From Dicyema japonicum (Eukaryota; Animalia; Dicyemida): DNA of 64,000 nt. The position numbers and the translations under genes were made by a program. Where the stretch lies: positions 719,232 to 783,231 of the forward strand of contig RDEW01000006.1 in NCBI GenBank assembly GCA_011109175.1. Direction: 5' to 3'. The notes below the pieces were generated by a model. The model was not told the DNA's origin, did no database searches, and saw nothing but the letters and a program-made list of their open reading frames with translations. This document shows positions 1-11,751 of the stretch, piece by piece; position 1 is the stretch's first letter, and the number at the start of each line of letters is the position of its first letter.

Positions 1-16
1 GCTACCGTCCACTGTC

Positions 17-330
17 ATGCAGGTTGAGCGTGGATCGTTTCCCAAGGCATTCTGTCTCGACGTGACGTTGAAAAACGCACTTTCTTTAGCTAACCACCAC
101 TGCACTACAGGTCTCACCGGAGAAGATGAAAAACGCCCCTATAGAATGAAAACATTCCCTTTTGCTAATGGTCGGAACCTGGTTTGGGTCGCTACATGGA
201 TTGATGCATACTCTCCGAAGAATCTGGCCCCTTCAGTATCGGATCCAGGCCATGTTTCTAAACAAGCCGAGGACCAGAAGAGAAGGAAGTATAGAATGAA
301 GATCACTTGTTTTCCCATTTGCTGTTGAGA
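17..330 (+). mobile_element. CRE-type (restriction-like endonuclease) non-LTR retrotransposon, 3' fragment
   Basis: Translation FPFANGRNLVWVATWIDAY...AEDQKRRKY matches the RLE tail of the better-preserved copies at 17.6, 30.2 and 43.0 kb (FPFEEGNLW / GKALIWDATC). Confidence 0.7.
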
Positions 331-349
331 CATCAGAAATCCTTGGGCC

Positions 350-1450
350 ACCACGACCACGGTAAAACAAAGCTAATTATCACGTGATCCCGGTACATTC
401 CAACAGCGACCTCATCTTTGCCCAATGTTCTTCCCTCGTGCCCGGGCATGAACATACAGGACGACTGACTGAATTTCAGGCTCACATTCACGTTTAGTCT
501 CATAAGGGTCTCCAGGGACGTAGGTCCGGTTCGGTGATCTTCACAAATCCAACACTCCGTAACTCTGTAAGCCCTCGTTAGCATTTCCTAAATTTTCCTT
601 ATATTTGTCCAAATATTGACGGTTTTTTTGTTGAAGTGGTGACGTCGTCTGCTCACCTCCGACGTTGCTTTATTTTTGATTGGTGACGTGCTTCTGTTTT
701 TTCCCTGGAAAAATTATGTCTTTATCATGCTTAAATTCAAACTCTTTGTTCACCATCGCCAGATACAACGTTAAGGCTCTCATCTCTAATCAAAGAGAGA
801 ACAACTATCTGTGCGAGGATGGCGAGGAGGATGGCTGTAAAGCATGGCTCAAGGGAAACCCTTTTAGGCTACGAGATGGAGCTTTAAACTAACTAATATG
901 GACGGTCCCCACGAGGCGCATGCATATGCGAAACATGGCTCGATGTACTGTCTGTACACGTTCATACGGACTAGGTGAGTACCAATCTTCCATATTCCCG
1001 ATAAACTTTTTAATACCTTCAGTTTCTTCTCCCATTTCAATAGAGTGTTTGCTACATGTGGTCAGACAGAGATGCATATCAAGTGTCACACCCAAGATTC
1101 CTTTGACATCTGTTGAAAGGGATGTCGACCTTGTTTAACTTCAACGTGACTGTTATCCTTTCAAATTTTTTGTCTGAAGTAAAAAAGGGACGTGGTCGAC
1201 TTCCCGTCATTCACCATGAGCCGGTTTTCCATTATCCAGGCGTTAAGCCGGTCCAGGTTAATTTTGTATTTTCTGGATGTCCGATCTCCCAAAGTCAAAA
1301 CATATCATTTACATAAGAGAGTAGAACATCATTATCATATTCAAAAAGTCGGGAGATCGACCAGAAAGAAGTTAACAAGAGCAGGAAATAAGGAGATCCT
1401 TAAGATACTCCGTTGGGGAGTAGACGAGTTCAGACTTCCGAGGAAAACAC
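350..1450 (-). mobile_element. Ingi/Vingi-like LINE (family A), degraded RT and 3' end, interrupted by a short insertion
   Basis: Minus strand gives PQRSILRISLFPAL..NFFLVDLP and WIMENRLMVNDGKS (RT motifs 4-7). DNA is similar to 44340-44650 and 45110-45500. The 3' end carries GGGATCACG...CCGTGGTC. Confidence 0.75.
624..894 (+). mobile_element. ~270 bp non-autonomous retroposon insertion
   Basis: Flanked by the direct repeat AATAT(T/G)GACGGT (612-623, 895-906), ends in AACTAACT, and is absent from the homologous host sequence near 44560. Confidence 0.65.
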
Positions 1451-1590
1451 CTTAACGCAAGCTATGGCAGGGGCAAGTGACATTAAACAGCCAAAAGTCA
1501 AAATCATGATACCTCTCAAATGGAGTATCACAATGATCTCCATTATCCCCAACGATCTTTCAACTTCAGTCATCCCCCTTTATCTTACAC

Positions 1591-1920
1591 CAATGGTTCA
1601 TAACCTTTTTTAAGTCACGCCTTACGATTTAATTTAATTTTTTTCAATTGTGGATTTATTCGGCCATTTTTTTTCAAATTGTACGTCGAAACTGTTTTTC
1701 CATCATTAGAGTGCAATGCCAACTGACCAAAATGTAATATTATCAAATATTACTAACCCAGAATTGTTGATATCCATATTTTCTAAATATGACTTAGCTT
1801 CAAAGTCATATTTTCAGATTTAATAAATTTTCTGTTATTTCTGGAGATATTTTAATGTTTTCATCTTCAAATGGATTTATACACCAATCAATAAATTCAA
1901 ATTTTCTAAATCATTAATAT
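1591..1920 (-). mobile_element. hAT (Buster/Charlie-like) transposon remnant
   Basis: TIR-like CAATGGTTCATAACCTTTTT at 1591. Frameshifted minus-strand peptide DLENLNL..DWCINPFE resembles the Buster transposase C-terminus. Confidence 0.5.
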
Positions 1921-4900
1921 TCCTGCCTCGGGAACCGCTACCGATTTACTCCTGTTGCGGCCGAGTCATCGGGAGCCGTTGGTCAATGACAGCTGAGTTC
2001 TTGTGCGAACTCAGAAGGAATGCTTGCCAGAAAGAAAAGGAATCAACGAGAATGGTTATGGCTGAGACAAAAGATTGGAATGGCCATACTCCGAGGGAAC
2101 TCGTTCTCGATCCACGCAGCCGGCTTCCTCAACTAACATTTGTTTTTTTGTTATATAATTGTCTTATAAAATAAAAAAATCATTAAAACGAATTTTCATA
2201 CTGTCCGAAATTGTGTTGAAGAACCTGCCCTTTTGGGTTGATGATAACGACCTTCATAAATTTGTCAAGGAATTAGTTCCCTCTATCACGAGTAAATGCT
2301 GTTTCTACAGGGGAGATAGGAGACTCCCTCTTGCAAAGGATCTAATTGGATCAAGGGCGGAGGCTACATCGCTTGTCTGTATTGGTTTCAAAATTGCCCA
2401 CGTGCCAATTACATGTGAATGGTACAGAAGAGGCCTACCAAGGTGTTTCAACTGCCAACGCTATGGACACATATCCTCCTTTTGTAAAGAGAAGACAAGA
2501 TGTCTCCGTTGCGATGGGGAACACGACCTGACTGCTTGTGGAGAGACTATGGGGAACACAGTGAATTGCATAAATTGTGGCTCGTCCTCACATTGTGACA
2601 GATATGGTGGATGCCCAGCCGACCTTAGCTTTGAAGAAGCAAGGTCACCCAAATGTTTGAAGCAAGGACTAAAAATAGTGCTAGTGAATTCCCGATCTCA
2701 TAGGGAAAAGGCATAATGAACTAGCACTACTTGCGTGGGCCTCCAAGATCGACATTTTGGTGGTAATGAGACAAAATTAAAGAAAGCGAAGAGTAATATA
2801 ATGACTGGATACAATTCTGTGGACAGGCTGGAGCAGTTGCTGGTACTGGAACGTCTATTTTCTACCGGGACTGCCTCCGAATTCGTAATCCAAAAGTCGT
2901 TCGTGATGTATTGTGTGAATTTGTAAGCATGGACGTTTGTTGCGACGGATTATGGATTAGTGTTGGAGGTCTATACTCCAAGAATCTTTAGACTTGTTCT
3001 ACAGATATCACTGAGTTCTACAATAAGAATCCCTATACTATCTTAATTGGGGATTTTAATTCAAAGAACACTAGTTATGGTTGTAGCAAGACAAATCAGG
3101 ATGGACGACGTTTAGAATTATCGTCTGATTCATGTGGCTTTGTGATCCTTACGTCGGATGACCCAAATCATTTTTCTTATCATAGTGGGGACAAACTCGG
3201 CGTATTCCTAGTATCGCCAGCTCTATCTGTGTATGTGGGAAAGCCAAAAACTCTATGGGATATTGGGAGCGACTATGTTCCACAAGAATTGGTTATTAGT
3301 ATGAGGCCAGATGTTATGGAAGATGTCTTCTTGAGGTTCAACACATCTCATTGGATTAGGCCCACTATAGGGTCTTCATATCCAATAATCTGTGTGTTCT
3401 ACCGAGAGAGTTTTCAACCATAGAAGATATCAATACTGCAATTCGAGAAGTAACGGAATCTCATGCAGTCATATCTTAACCTGCACGAGGGGTTTTCTCA
3501 AAAAAAATCATTATTTTGTTTCGCCAATTATTATGAAGCTTATTCGTGAGAGGAATCGCCTAAAGGCAAAGCAAAGGAGTTGTGTCGACAAAATAGACGG
3601 GGAATTCATATCTGCCAGAATCAGGATGATGAAGGAAGCAATCAGCAGTATATGGAAGGAAGAGACTGACCGTAATATGAAAGGTTGAGGCTGCGAAAAT
3701 TGATATGAAGAATCCCTCTTTTGGAAATGCTATCACAAGTCCAAAGTCGGGAGAGAAAAAATTATTGAATAAAAAGGGGGTATGCATAACGGAGGAAACA
3801 CCTTCGATATTCAGGATCAGCTCCAAAAAATTCAGGGTGTGGATCCGTGGAGTTTGATCCCTGATGACAAAAAGAAGGTGTCTGCCGATATTTTTAAACA
3901 CTCCGACAAGGAACTGCCTATTGCTGATAGCACTGTCAGGAATGCAAGGTTAATGCTCCAGGATATGACCACATATCAATGAAACTTATCAAAGAGGGTC
4001 CGGATATTTTATTTGACTATGTCTTTACGATGGGTGTTTACAACTTGGCCATCTCCTTTAATGTGGAAGAAAGCTGTCGTTAGGATGATTCCAAAGCCAA
4101 AGAGATCCGGCAAGCTACAGAGCGATTAGCTTAATATGTTATTTCGCGAAAGTGATTGGATGTATCATTTTCAAAAGACTTAGCAGACATATAGAGGAGA
4201 ATGACTTTCTGATTCCGGAGCAGTGAGTTTTCGTCCCGGAAGAGACTGTGCAGACTGTTTCTTTCTACTGAATTCTGAACTCATGAAAGCAAGGGATTCC
4301 AAGGCAAATAAACTTATTATGTCTTGATATCTCTAAAGCATTCGACAGTGTATGGCATGAATCGTTGTTAAAGCAGCTTTATCATCATGTGTTCCAAGAT
4401 ACCTATTTGTTTGGCTAAGAAATTATATTCAGGAAAGGCAATATTTTGTGAAGGTGTGTGGAATATATTGATGCAATATCATTCACGAAGGAGTCCCATA
4501 AGTTTCAGCATTGAACCATATTTTGTTTAATATATTCATGGCGAGTTTTCCACGTCCGAGGAATATTAATACTAGTCTTCTTATTTATGCGGATGACGTA
4601 ATCGTGATGGACACATCTCTAAAATCTTCTATATCTGAAGGAAGAATCCGGGAGTATGTGATCAGATTGAGCAATGGTGCAACTTGAAAGGGCTAAAGTT
4701 ATCTGCTGAAAAATCTTGCGCACTCCGAATAAGCAATGTGAAAAAACACCTGAAACAAGAATACACATTGGGAGTAAACAATGCACACAGTCTGCGCTGC
4801 ATGGGGGTCGACTATGAACACGCAGGAGATTACATGGACGACATAAAGGGAGGAGAAAGAGAGCCTGTCAGTCGCTCCTATGTACACGGAAGTTACACGT

Positions 4901-4930
4901 TAGGTGCGACACCTACCTTTTCATCTTCAT
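1921..4930 (+). mobile_element. Two-ORF I-group LINE (gag-like ORF1 plus APE-RT ORF2), degraded
   Basis: ORF1 has CCHC knuckles. It is followed by APE (LKIVLVNSRSH, IDILVV.ETKL) and RT motifs (LDISKAFDSVWH; YADD at 4586-4597), with many stops and frameshifts. Confidence 0.85.
2159..2716 (+). pseudogene. LINE ORF1 gag-like zinc-knuckle protein
   Basis: CFNCQRYGHISSFC, CLRCDGEHDLTAC and CINCGSSSH triple knuckle. Confidence 0.85.
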
Positions 4931-4934
4931 AGAG

Positions 4935-5495
4935 TTATTCTCTTTAGCCTACTTTATGGGTGAGAGGGGTGGTTCTTCTCTCCGAAGAGAAAAGATCTTA
5001 TCCCTAGAGAAGACTAGGAGAGCTGCAATTAAGCTCTCCTTAAACAAGAAACTGAAAGACTGTCTAATCGAGGACGAAAACAAGCTGTTAGAACCGATTA
5101 GCAGGATTGTGGAGGATCGAGTCAATGGTTTCAGGAGTAGATCAAAGATCCAGGACACGTATATAAAGCTGGGAGAAACGACCTGAAAAAATTAAAAAAA
5201 AGAACCACTGTCTTACATTAACGACCTCGTTATTGAAGAGACATCAAAGATCTGAGGAGGTGACACGATCTGCGCCAAGACATTAAACCTAGTGGGTCTT
5301 TGATTCTTGAAAAACTGGTCACCAAGTAAATCACACGTAACAATGGTCACCTCTTCACGAAAAGAGACAAGGATAATGCCGAAAGTCAATTCGATCCCCA
5401 TCGAGAAGACCTCCTCATCCTGGGAGTCGCCTTTGATTCGCTTTTATAATTCACGCATCAAGTGAACTTGGTATCATCGAGGATTGAAAAGAAAA
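4935..5495 (+). mobile_element. Degraded LINE fragments
   Basis: YINDLVI..., ILGVAFDS-like RT remnants; fragmentary. Confidence 0.45.
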
Positions 5496-5499
5496 TAAT

Positions 5500-6100
5500 A
5501 CCAAAGACCACGGTTACACCAAACTAATTAATCACGTGATCCCAGCACGCTCTAGCGGAGATCTTAACGTGATGCTCCTCCCTCGACCCCACACAAGCAC
5601 GTGTGACTGACGACTGGATCTTTGTAGTCACGACGGAACGTTCCACAGTTTATGCGTATCATGGATTGTAGAGGCATTGGAGACAGGGACTTTTTAGAAG
5701 TCCATCTTTCCGTAATTCTTTTTCAAAGAAAGTAAGAAAACTTAAGGCTTTTCCAATACTTCGTTTGAACTTGTATACAATTTGTTTTGACAATACGCTT
5801 GTGCAGCAATGAGTTGAGGTGATGCAAAACCACAGAATCTTAATGAGGTGTCCTAAACAGATTCCAACGCAGCTGCTATGGAAATCGCTAATCGTCGATG
5901 CAATCATGGATTACGTCACAGAGTGCCAGGGAAACTTTTTCAAAATGGCTAAATCCCTGAACATCCCCTAGACCAGATGTCAGATTATTTCGGGAAGCCT
6001 GCCAAAGAAGCTTTCCTTCATAGAGATTAGGTAGTATTTTTAAAACCAACTGCATTAGTAGGTTTGTATACACACCCGAATCACTTAATTTAGACGATAG
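5500..6100 (-). mobile_element. Ingi-like LINE 3' fragment
   Basis: DNA similarity to 32370-32660; 3' end GGGATCACGTGATTAATTAG...CCGTGGTC. Confidence 0.65.
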
Positions 6101-6129
6101 CCCCTATCCTCTTGTAGTTTTATAAATAA

Positions 6130-6580
6130 ATTAAATAAACATGGGCTAAATGACAGAGTCGGGAGATATCGGATGCATGAACTGATTCGAATCAATCGGA
6201 CTTAACTCCTGTGGTTTCTCATATTCTAGTTGATCGATGTGAGTCATCTCTTCGTGGCCACGGGTGGACTATTTCTATATGACGGCAATAATATACTCAC
6301 CCTTTCCCCACCAACGCAATTCTGATTTTTGATAATAATTCTTTCGTCCCACCTCTAGAGCAGTTGGAGGATAAGTAAAGGAGTCATCAACGAAATGGGA
6401 ATGAGATTGCTTCGTGATTCAAACGAATAGTCACCAAGTGGACTGAATAGATGGATCCTTTTGAATACTGTCCAAGCATTGGGCGTCTCCTGAATAAGGT
6501 GGATCCAATGACACCACTAGAGGGAATGAAGATAAATCTTCAATCAAGAAGCCACATGGCGGAGACGGAAAGTAAATAAA
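6130..6580 (-). CDS. Possible small intron-containing gene, unidentified
   Basis: Good 26-nt intron GTGAGTATATTATTGCCGTCATATAG near 6275-6300, but no consistent spliced ORF could be assembled. Confidence 0.25.
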
Positions 6581-6616
6581 ATATAGTAAATAATATTAAT
6601 AATTAAATAAAATAGT

Positions 6617-8460
6617 TCACACAAAAGAGGGAGACTCTGAAATAAAGTAAGAAATAACCAATAAAGGTCTTAGCTGATGGAGTAGATCTATCAGAGACAT
6701 CCAGGTACATTAAAATCTCAGACATCATAGAATGGAACTCTCTGCTGTAGGGAGGGGCAATGTTACTCAGAACCTTACATAATTACCCAAACCTACCGAA
6801 TTCACAAAATAACGAACAAGCGAAATATCCACGTCCTTCGAGGCCACTCTTCCATTGAAATAAAACAGAATCTTAGAAACAAAGCCATTGAAGAACAAAT
6901 GGATCATTCTGTCCATAATCATCCTTCTGTGCTTAATCTACCATCAAACATTCCAATACCTGTGAATTCCCTACATCGACGGCCTCGTAGTGAATTTCAA
7001 ACAGCTCAGTCAGTACTGAGAACACGTGGTGATGCAGAGACGGCTGAGAGTCCACGATTTCGTCCAGAAAGAACAGATGCAAGGGCTTATCAGACTCGAG
7101 GAGGAAATAGTTGCATTTTCGAACAACAGAGAAAATCCACCGAAGCACACCGAAAGTAGAAAAAGCATATTTGAGACTATTTTCCTTAAAACTCAACAAA
7201 TTCCGTTTCATTTCGCTCGGATTCTCAGACAACTTAGTGATCATGCAGGTCCCGACCACAGAATCAAAGAAATCATCGAAGAACAGCCCTAGGAAATGTA
7301 TAGAAAATAGCACTTCTTTACATTGCTCAAACTGGAATACCAAGGAAATGAGTTCTCGGAAAGACTCAGGAGAGAAGTCCAATTGTTGGACGAAAATCGA
7401 CTCGGCGATGATCTCTGAAAATAAAAACCAGAAAAAACCAATAAAGGGTAATAACAGAGGAAATGTAGTCGTCAGAAATCAAACAGGAGTCGAAGTTCTG
7501 GATATCACCCTCATGCAAAATCCCTCGTTCTACGACACAAGTCATTTGCTTGAAGAGCTCCAAGGTCGAGGAACAGCAGCAGTTCAGTTTATCAATAATA
7601 TTCCGTACACCAGAAACACAAATCCTGTAATTAGCACGTGTCAAACTGTTGGGACGCTTCCCTGTAGATGAAATCGGATAAACCAGCCAGGCATTCAGAG
7701 ACAGCGTCATTTTGGGAGACAAGCAGCACAAGCTGGACGACTAGGAACGACTGGAAGTTGCACGTGGCCATTTTCTGGACATAAATACAAGAAAAGAGAA
7801 CCAAGATCATATCTCTGGTGTTTATAACCTCAGAAACTTTCTGAGATGTTAGAAATTGGCAAATAAGGTTAGACAGGATGGATGTGAAGATTTGGACGTC
7901 TTCGGTCATCAAATGGGCAATGGAGTACAACTCAGAGCTAAAAGAAGTTGAGGAAATGCTGAATATCACATTAAACAACCTTGACAACACTTCTGAGGGT
8001 TTTCGAGGACGGGTTGGCCTTAAACTGTGAGTAAATTAGTTGCCGCCACTGGGGATATTCAGCGAAGCTTTGTAGCCAGTCTGGAGTTCCTGAAGACTCT
8101 ATGAGATGGTCAGCATCCTCCAGTTTTAGTTGGTCGTTAAAAATGGAGGAAAATGTCTCCCTTACTAATGTATCCATCAGGTTTTTATCGTCCCCTTAAA
8201 TTAGGTAGGTGAGAGTACCCAGTTCGACGAGCCATTCAATGATGAAGTTGTTTAGTCTGGGGAACCCAATATAACTGTCTTTCAGCAATTCCACAGCCTC
8301 GGAGGGAGTCCCGCCTGATTTGATAAAACTGATCTGTTAATCCCTATACTTTGGAAGATTTTTGAGGACAGAAGTCTCCATTATAGCATCCGGATAAGAG
8401 AGTATTTTAACCAAATCATCGTGATTTACGGATTCAGTGGTTTTTCCGAGCTCAAATTTC
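6617..8460 (-). CDS. NELFCD: Negative elongation factor C/D (TH1-like); multi-exon, start approximate
   Basis: YPDAIMETSV..FIKSGGTPSEAVELL, GTPDWLQSFAEYPQWRQLIY, GVLRWI..HLFFLDEI and DVDISLVRYFV..IAPPYS match TH1L; introns are 21-24 nt. Confidence 0.9.
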
Positions 8461-8650
8461 TACTAAATTAAATAGAAACGGTAAATTTTTGCAAAAAAGC
8501 ACCAACGTTGATCATGTTGCTACTGTTAAATTAAATATTAAATTTAAGAAAGAAAATTATTATTTATTTAATAATGTTTTATATTTAAAAACAAGTATCT
8601 TAGAGACTCAAAAAGATCAGAATTTCTGGTTATTCACATTGCAAGGAGTC
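8461..8650. promoter_or_regulatory. Short AT-rich divergent intergenic region, putative bidirectional promoter (NELFCD/CEP41)
   Basis: Head-to-head genes about 190 bp apart; no specific motif identified. Confidence 0.45.
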
Positions 8651-9835
8651 ATGTCGTATAATGCTAAAAGAAACACAAAACCTATCAATGTAAGGTTCCA
8701 ATAAATGTCAGATCCTTGAATTGAAGATTAAAAAGAACCCCAAGTACGGCTACATATCAAGTGTGGTGGATACTGGTATAACGAATATTAACAAATCAAG
8801 GCTGTAGTATGTCAAAGTACACCAAGGATATGGATTATGTGAGAAAAAGTGAATATTCGAGTTTAATGTAGATTTTCGAGTAAGGCCTAACGAAATATTC
8901 AAACGAATGAAGATAACCACGTTTGTTCAAATGGTAATTTACTTATTTAACCCCAAAGTTGCTCCAAATCGAAAGTGTCAACATTGCACTGTCAAAAACA
9001 CAATCAGAAGGTTAACCACTCTTATTTACATTTAAAGATGTCCCGGATTCTTTCCCTGCAAAGAACGGACACAGGTCTTCTGATAACCCCCGTTCGACCT
9101 TGCTTACGTAGTTCGTGGTTTCACGGTAGTGTGATTTCCGGTTTTGGGGAACTCGACAATAAAACCGAAAAGCCTCAAAGTGCTAGCATCTCCAAAGAGG
9201 AAGGCAAAATTGTGGATGAAACCCCCTCCCCCTATTTGTTGTTAGATTTGAGAGACAGAGAAAATTATAATAAAGAGCACATTAGGACAGGTTTTGCCTC
9301 AAGTTTTAGTATCAGCCATCTCCTACCCGATGACGATGCTGTCACGAATGCTGAATTATGAGATCAAAGAGATGCTGGCTTATGTTAAACTGATTTATAT
9401 ATTTCAGAAAGCAAAGGAGGGAAAAATCATCGTTATTTACGACTGGGATGAGAAAAATATCCACCAGGCTGCTTCCACCTTGGTTGAACGTGGCTATAAG
9501 AACTTGGTAGTGCTGTCAGGAGGTTGTGGTATTTCACAACGTTCCAGGTCTTAAAATAGCCAAGGAGCACTTTGGGTCATCTCTAATAACAGAGGATCCA
9601 CTAAATAATTCCTTCACCGAGCAGAACGTGGATTTGCTGCAGAAGACGTTGGATCACATTCTCAACGACAGTAACAAATATGGTAATTATTTAAATTCAC
9701 TAAGCCCGCCTTTCAATGTCTTCTACGGCCAGTGTCCACAGTCGCAGATCTGCGGCAGACACGTCCTCTATCAGGTCGACTATTCGGAGTCAAAGTTGTA
9801 TCACCAAACCACACAGAGAACCTTTCCGCATTTAA
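8651..9835 (+). CDS. CEP41: Centrosomal protein 41 (rhodanese-like domain); multi-exon
   Basis: KNPKY..VDTG, EIFKRMKITTFVQ, SVISGFGELD, PYLLLDLRDRE and GKIIVIYD..AASTLVERGYKNLVVLSGG; introns are 22-25 nt (e.g. 8690-8711). Confidence 0.92.
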
Positions 9836-9936
9836 ATTACTAAAATATTTTTTGTGGTTGAATAATTCTTAATATAAGTTGTCGTGGAAACATTTGTGTC
9901 AAATATTCGATATATCTTATTGTTCAATTAGATAGT

Positions 9937-10260
9937 CCTCGTGGCCTGGTACGCAGTGTAGCGAGTGCCGGACGAAAGGCCTGATGGGCTCTAGTTCGAA
10001 TCTCACTCCTGTACTATTTGGGTGAAGGTTCCACGCATTGGTTTGACGAGTGACACCGTCATCGGTAAACATCCCATTGCGGAACCGGGTCGTCTACAAA
10101 AGGACTCACACCCAACAAAAAGAAGTAAAGAGCATTCCTTGGTTCTCCCTCATCGATTAGTTATGATAACTGTTTTTTACTTAAAATAAAGTGTGTCATG
10201 TGCGGAAGGAGCTATAGCTAATATGGTTCTTATTAAAGTGCAGTACTATAGTCCTCATGA
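9937..10260 (+). mobile_element. tRNA-derived SINE
   Basis: A-box-like TGGTACGCAGTGTAG and B-box-like AGTTCGAATCTC; body shared with 53830-54050 and 63250-63900. Confidence 0.7.
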
Positions 10261-10329
10261 CAGTAATGAAATGATAAAATTCCAAGACCACGGTAACCTC
10301 AAACTAAACTTTTCACATTTTGTGATTAC

Positions 10330-11080
10330 ATTTTCTACTTGCAGACGTGACTGAAAACGACCAGATGGGATGACCATCTTCCCCTTTAAAGCCGCAAAAA
10401 CTTCTTGTCGCCTGCACCTGCACATTCGCCCCTTGCAAACTACATCAGAGTACCTCTGGAGCCTGTTCTGCCGATAGATGTCAAAACCGGCAAAGTACGT
10501 GGTCCTACACGAGGATTTTTTTGTTTGTTCAGCTCGTGGTTGAAACTTCTGGTTGCCTTGAGCTTGGAAATCTTGAGTCGTCTAGAGAATCGGATTTCTA
10601 CAGAACAGGAAATTTCTGTGAGCGCTAGTGGTTATTTGAGCGAATCTCGCTCGCCATCCTGAGAGGGAATAATCACGTAGTCAGGGATGTGCATGCCAAA
10701 AATCACCCAAAGATCTTTTTTGAGATCTTCTGATAAGGCATAAATTTTTTTGATAGTTAATTAAATTAACTCAGGAGCTTGAATCGACAGGTAGTTTCCT
10801 CTGACAATAGCCATCGAGATACGCTCTCGAAGTCATCCAGTCTCACGAGATCCTTGGTGACCCTTTAGATCTTTTATCCAATATGATGGACTAGACCGTC
10901 CGCTTTTGAGGCAAAAATTCCTGACGTCCCAGCAGCAAATGGAAAAAAATGATCCTCTAAATACTTTGGTACTTCATTCTCTTCTGATCTTCGGTTTGCT
11001 TAAAAGCATGATCTGGGTCCAGCCTCAAGTGGCAAATTTTTTCTGAGTGTGCGTATCAACACACGTAGCGTCCTAGGCAT
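10330..11080 (-). CDS. Probable multi-exon host gene, unidentified
   Basis: ATG at 11080, a 22-nt intron and open exons (QKICHLRLDPDHAFK; KDLVRLDDFESVSRWLL); splice model incomplete. Confidence 0.4.
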
Positions 11081-11138
11081 GAATTAACTATAATTGTTAG
11101 AAATTGTTCTCTTAAAACATGAAATTGTTCTCGTAGAA

Positions 11139-11484
11139 CAGGGGTTCTTCTTACATCTCCAGGAGTACTAATGTAGAAGCTTCATGAGATTCCAAAAATG
11201 GGGAAACCATTCACAGATGGTGAATACATCAAATCCTGTTTTATAAAATTGTCACAACTATTCCAAAATTTTACGAAAACAGAGATTTTAAATCAAATTA
11301 AAAATACACCGAAAAAACAATTGCGAATAGAACTGTCTTCCAATGTGAGATGAAATGCAGAGTCAATTATAGATTAAATATAATTTTGTCATGTTTCATT
11401 ATTTTTAAAAAGTGGCTCTTCCATTTTTTTAATTGCCAAAAAACCAAAAATTGGCTCTTTGGCTTATAAGGTTGCCGACCCTTG
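11139..11484 (+). mobile_element. hAT Buster/SPIN-like internally deleted transposon
   Basis: 8-bp TSD TCGTAGAA/TCTTAGAA, terminus GGTTGCCGACCCTTG and internal peptide KMGKPFTDGEYIKSCFI (GTF2IRD2/SPIN-type transposase). Confidence 0.8.
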
Positions 11485-11751
11485 TCTTAGAAGATTTACT
11501 CCAACTCATCAATTTCTATCTCCCTTAACATATCATTTCATCTCTTTCCTCATCTAATGGAAATCCCTTAAATAATCCTTGAAGACAGATGTGCTCAAAA
11601 CTAGTCTATGTCGTCGTTCATTTTGGAATCACCTAATTAGCCTGTTTTGACACTTTCTTTGGGGGTTAATAAATTGAATCTCTCATAGTCTCCACATAAT
11701 TCACCACAACTAACAAAATGCAAGAAAGACAATAAAAATATATTGAAAAAG

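Noticed and set aside
630-700. HDV-like ribozyme at the 5' end of the short insert (GACGTCG/CGACGTT)
   Set aside because: Only 12 nt lie between the arms, too few for P2a, P3 and L3; it is a simple hairpin.
1921-2015. Ribozyme in the I-group LINE 5' UTR
   Set aside because: Nested hairpins are present, but no HDV or hammerhead topology could be completed.
9937-10010. Functional tRNA gene
   Set aside because: No acceptor stem pairing; it continues into a dispersed repeat body, so it is a SINE head.
10040-10075. Hammerhead-like TTGACGA-GTGAC..GTCAT in the SINE body
   Set aside because: It lacks CUGA and GAAA cores, and these positions are not conserved in the other copies.
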